A stretch of DNA of 64,000 bases, taken from contig CAWKBU010000029.1 of NCBI GenBank assembly GCA_963847975.1, forward strand, positions 229,064 through 293,063. The letters are read 5' to 3'. Both the position numbers and the translations under genes were made by a program. The notes under the pieces are model-generated. The model saw only the letters and a program-made list of their open reading frames with translations, made no database searches and was not told the DNA's origin. This DNA comes from an uncultured Acidobacteriota bacterium. Its GTDB lineage: Bacteria; Acidobacteriota; Vicinamibacteria; Vicinamibacterales; 2-12-FULL-66-21. Positions 60,582-64,000 of this stretch are shown here, in pieces (position 1 is the first letter of the stretch; each line of letters starts with the position of its first letter).

Positions 60582-62702
60582 ATGAGACTTGCCGCGCCGG
60601 CAGTGGTACTCCTCGCGCTTGGAACGGCCGTCGCGGTGACGCCGGCACAGCAGACAGTGCGCTCTGGTGTTGACCTCGTCGAGGTGGCGGTGCACGTGCG
60701 CGATCGGGATGGACAGCTGTTCCGCGATCTCACGGCTAGGGACTTTCAGATCTTCGAAGGCAATACACCGCAGGTGATTGCCGGGTTCGAGCAGGTCTCG
60801 CTGCCCGTGCGTGCCCCTGCCGCCGGCCCGGTCACCTTGCCCGCCGTCGCGTTCGACGTGGCCTCCAACGAGCGTACCGGCGAATCGCGTGTCTTCATCC
60901 TCGTCCTCGACGCCCTGCACGTTGGGGCGTCACGCACGCGCGTAGTCCGCGACTACGCCCGGCAGTTCATCGAGCGGCACGTCGGACCGGCCAATCTCGT
61001 GGCGGTTGTCTCGCCGGGCGGGCTCACGTCAGCCACCCAGGACTTCACGAGCGACAAGACACGCCTGCTTGCGGCCGTGGATCAGTTCGCCGGCAGCAAG
61101 CTCACGTCGGCAACGGTTGAGATCGATCGCGAACAACGGGTATTCCAAGTGCCGATGCGCGATGGCCGGGACCCCGACGATGGCGAGCGCGCAAACCGCG
61201 TGCGCTCGCTGACCGACGTGCTCGTAGCGCTCGCCGGGCATCTCAGTCGAGTCGAGAGCCGGCGCAAGTCACTGCTGCTCTTCAGCGAGGGCATCGACTA
61301 CGACACGGCCGACATCATGGGCAAGCTGCAGCGAGAGAGCTCAGACGTGATGAAGGCGATGGACCGCGCGATCGGCGCGCTGATGCGCGCCAACGTCTCG
61401 CTGTACGGGATCGACCCGCGGGCCCTGAGCTCCGCCGAGGGCGACCTCCTCGAAACACCTCTCCATCGGGCGGCGCCGAGCCTGACGCAGTCGAGCGTCG
61501 AAGCCGAGTACTCGCATTCAATCAGAACCTTGCGTCACATCTCGGAGTCGACCGGCGGGTTTGCTGCGGTCGACCGCAACGACATCGGGCCCGCGTTCGA
61601 ACGGATCCTCGAGGAGAGCAGTGAGTACTACGTCCTCGCCTATGCACCGTCGCGACCGCCGGCGCCAGGAGAGTTTCGAGCCATCGACGTTCGCGTATCG
61701 CGCCCTGGAGCGCGCGTCGTCGCCCGGCGAGGCTACGTGGTGCCACCGGAGCCGCTTCGCGCCGGCCCGTCTCAGCCGGTTGCCGACATCGCGCCCCCAG
61801 GCGTGCCCGGTCGACCGCGCAACAGCCGCCTCGAGGCCTCAGCGATCGAAACGCCGGCGCGCCCGTCGGCCGGCGTGCCGGCCGAGTTGAGTCTGCTCCT
61901 CGCCAGCCCGTTGCCGCGGGGCGGACTGCCCATCAGAGTGCAGGCCGTGCCGTTCAGAGGGAGCGGTCGAAAGGCCGCCGTGCGGCTGGTGGTCGAAGTG
62001 CTCGGCCGATCGCTGGCCTTCGCGGAACGGAATGGCCGATTCGCGGAGCGGATCGATCTCGCCCTGCTCACGGTCGACGATAAAGCGCGCGCCGCAAATG
62101 GCAGGTCCACGCGGATCGACGCTCAACTGACCAGCGAAGAGGTCGAGCGCGTCCGGCTCACCGGCGTGCGCTGGCTGGCGCAGCTCGATTTGGAGCCGGG
62201 CCGGTATCAAGTGCGCGTGGCCGCCCGCGCCCTCGGCACCGGCACGAGCGGAACGATCACCTGCGATGTCGACGTTCCCGTCTTCGACTCCGACCGTCTC
62301 GCCATGAGCGGCGTGACGATGACGTCGCTCCCATCGGTCCTCATGGTCACGCGTGGCGACCAGTGGCTCAAGTCGACGATCGAGACACCGCCGTCGGCGG
62401 CTCGGAGCTTCGTCTCCGGCGACGAACTGAAGGCGGGCGTCGAAGTCTACGTGCCTGGCGCCGCGCCAGCCGACGTCGAGGTCACGGCTCGAGTCGAATG
62501 GCCGGATGGCTCGCGCATGCCACTGCTGCGCAGGAGCGTTGCCGGCGGCGATGGAAAGCCGCGCACCGAGGCGATCGGGGTTCGCGTCGACACCTCGGTA
62601 CTCCCGCCGGGACGGTACGTGCTCGCCTTCGTTCTCAATCGCGCGGACGGCGCGGCCAGAGTGGAGCGCCGGGTGCCGTTCGAGATCGTAGCCAAGGGCT
62701 GA
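60582..62702 (+). CDS. VWFA-related acidobacterial-domain protein (secreted)
   Basis: Intact 706 aa. Signal MRLAAPAVVLLALGTAVAV. RSGVDLVEVAVHVRDRDGQLFRDLTARDFQIFEGNTPQVIAGFEQV is the hallmark N-terminus of this family. vWA-like FILVLDALH...LLLFSEGIDY...YGIDPR. Confidence 0.85.
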   Translation: MRLAAPAVVLLALGTAVAVTPAQQTVRSGVDLVEVAVHVRDRDGQLFRDLTARDFQIFEGNTPQVIAGFEQVSLPVRAPAAGPVTLPAVAFDVASNERTGESRVFILVLDALHVGASRTRVVRDYARQFIERHVGPANLVAVVSPGGLTSATQDFTSDKTRLLAAVDQFAGSKLTSATVEIDREQRVFQVPMRDGRDPDDGERANRVRSLTDVLVALAGHLSRVESRRKSLLLFSEGIDYDTADIMGKLQRESSDVMKAMDRAIGALMRANVSLYGIDPRALSSAEGDLLETPLHRAAPSLTQSSVEAEYSHSIRTLRHISESTGGFAAVDRNDIGPAFERILEESSEYYVLAYAPSRPPAPGEFRAIDVRVSRPGARVVARRGYVVPPEPLRAGPSQPVADIAPPGVPGRPRNSRLEASAIETPARPSAGVPAELSLLLASPLPRGGLPIRVQAVPFRGSGRKAAVRLVVEVLGRSLAFAERNGRFAERIDLALLTVDDKARAANGRSTRIDAQLTSEEVERVRLTGVRWLAQLDLEPGRYQVRVAARALGTGTSGTITCDVDVPVFDSDRLAMSGVTMTSLPSVLMVTRGDQWLKSTIETPPSAARSFVSGDELKAGVEVYVPGAAPADVEVTARVEWPDGSRMPLLRRSVAGGDGKPRTEAIGVRVDTSVLPPGRYVLAFVLNRADGAARVERRVPFEIVAKG

Positions 62703-62720
62703 ACCATAAATCCTGCGCTC

Positions 62721-63650
62721 ATGACCCGACACGCGCCGACCCGTCGTCCGGTACTCGTCGTCGCGGTTGCGCTGATAGCAGCTGGCATGACGCCCGTCGC
62801 GCGGGCCATCGTGGGGCTGCAGGCTCCCGCGTCGTCACCGGAGCTCGTCTGGGAAACCGTCGGATTCGTCGCTCCCGAGTCGGCGGTCTTCGACCAGGCG
62901 CGGAAGCAGTTCTACGTGTCCAACATGGGCTCGTGGGGCCAGGGCTCGACGCCCGGCGACGGCTTCATCAGCCGCGTGAGCGCCGAGGGCCGAATCCTCG
63001 ATCTGAAATGGGTGACTGGTTTCGACAATCCCAAGGGCCTTGCGCTCGCCGGCGGCCGGCTCTACGTTGGCGACGATGCCGAGCTGGTCGAGATCGATCC
63101 GGCGGCAGGCGCGATCGCCGCACGCCATCGGCCCGCCGACGGCCCCGGCGGCTTCAACGACTGCACGGCCGATCCGGCGGGCAACGTGTACGTGTTCAGC
63201 CGACGGTTATCCACCGTGTTCCGCCTGCGCGCGGGCACATTCGAGCCCTGGGCCAAGGTTGACGCCTCGAAGACGGGCTGGCCGAACGGACTGCTCGCGG
63301 AACGCGACCGTCTGCTCCTCGGCAGCTGGGTGGTGCGCGGCGCCGATGGGCAGGAACTGACCGGCCATCTCTCGACCGTGGCCTATGCCGACCAGGCACT
63401 CGGCCGACTGGGCGAACAGCCCCTCGGCCACATCGACGGGATCGAGCCCGACGGCCACGGCGGCTACACGGTAACCGACTGGACGACGGGCGACTTGCTG
63501 CACGTTTCCGCCGACGGCAAGCCGACCTCGCTCGTGAAGCTGCGGCAGGGCGCCGCTGACCACCACTACGTCATCGACCAGCGCCTGCTCGTGATCCCGC
63601 TGGTGCTCGACAACGCGCTCCGGGCCTACCGCTGGGCGCCGATCGACTGA
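62721..63650 (+). CDS. Secreted beta-propeller protein (SMP-30/gluconolactonase-like)
   Basis: Intact 309 aa. Signal MTRHAPTRRPVLVVAVALIAAGMTPVARA. Blade motifs: PKGLALAGGRLYVGD, DPAGNVYVFS, PNGLLAERDRLLLG, GIEPDGHGGYTVTD. Confidence 0.8.
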   Translation: MTRHAPTRRPVLVVAVALIAAGMTPVARAIVGLQAPASSPELVWETVGFVAPESAVFDQARKQFYVSNMGSWGQGSTPGDGFISRVSAEGRILDLKWVTGFDNPKGLALAGGRLYVGDDAELVEIDPAAGAIAARHRPADGPGGFNDCTADPAGNVYVFSRRLSTVFRLRAGTFEPWAKVDASKTGWPNGLLAERDRLLLGSWVVRGADGQELTGHLSTVAYADQALGRLGEQPLGHIDGIEPDGHGGYTVTDWTTGDLLHVSADGKPTSLVKLRQGAADHHYVIDQRLLVIPLVLDNALRAYRWAPID

Positions 63651-63716
63651 CCGTCGGCTGCGTTCGAACGCGTCGAGGCGCTGTCGAGCGCCGTGCCATA
63701 ATCAGGCGTCTTCGAA

Positions 63717-64000
63717 CATGGTCTGCCGGCACTGTGGCGCAACGACCTCAGCGGCACTCGACAGATGCGAGGTCTGCCGCACGCCGAATCCGGCGCAGGA
63801 GCCGGCGGCCACCGCAGCCGGCTTCGACTCCGAACTCACCTGGTCGTCGAGCGGCACCGGATCCGATGCCGCCTTCCCCGGTTCAGGGACGACGCGGCTT
63901 CAGCCCGGGCAGGAATTCGGCCGCCGGTACACGATCATCCGGCTGCTCGGATCCGGCGGCATGGGCGAGGTCTATCACGCCTGGGATGGCACGCTCGGCG
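63717..64000 (+). CDS. Ser/Thr protein kinase (kinase 4) with N-terminal zinc-ribbon; 5' partial, runs off the window
   Basis: My translation from ATG 63717: MVCRHCGATTSAALDRCEVCRTPNP (CxxC..CxxC) ... [28 protein letters not shown] (glycine loop). Confidence 0.8.

Overview
High-GC bacterial chromosomal segment (about 70% GC by hand count of sample lines). Gene content points to Acidobacteriota: three PadR regulator + ADOP-type duplicated FtsX/MacB permease pairs, a VWFA-related acidobacterial-domain protein, a PVC-type CxxCH heme protein, four Ser/Thr kinases (TolB-like propeller, TPR or zinc-ribbon fusions) and many secreted hydrolases. I call about 48 protein-coding loci. I found no rRNA, tRNA, CRISPR array, transposase or integrase. 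The left end is a + strand osmoadaptation operon: PDZ protein, two cation/proton antiporters, otsA, otsB. About one third of the genes can only be read after 1-8 single-nucleotide frame corrections. These corrections are clustered (0.4-5 kb, 14-23 kb, 29.8-32.2 kb, 40.3-46.9 kb, 54.5-60.2 kb), while neighbouring multi-kb genes are intact. This is either indel-prone assembly or real decay. Non-genic structure: short intergenic repeats at 99-310 and 50173-50226, with a related cluster at 13061-13241; a 60-nt AT-rich near-perfect palindrome in a divergent promoter (33353-33412); and a relic 3' fragment of a serine-hydrolase paralog (43231-43389) beside a lower-GC orphan gene. Best candidates for something undescribed: (1) the palindrome plus an orphan 308-aa protein; (2) a signal-less S8 protease followed by a stand-alone copy of its own prodomain; (3) a Tat-signal glycine-repeat protein; (4) the lower-GC membrane-anchored orphan between two disrupted kinases. 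None is a recognisable defence or toxin system. All product calls rest on motif recognition by eye, not on database searches.
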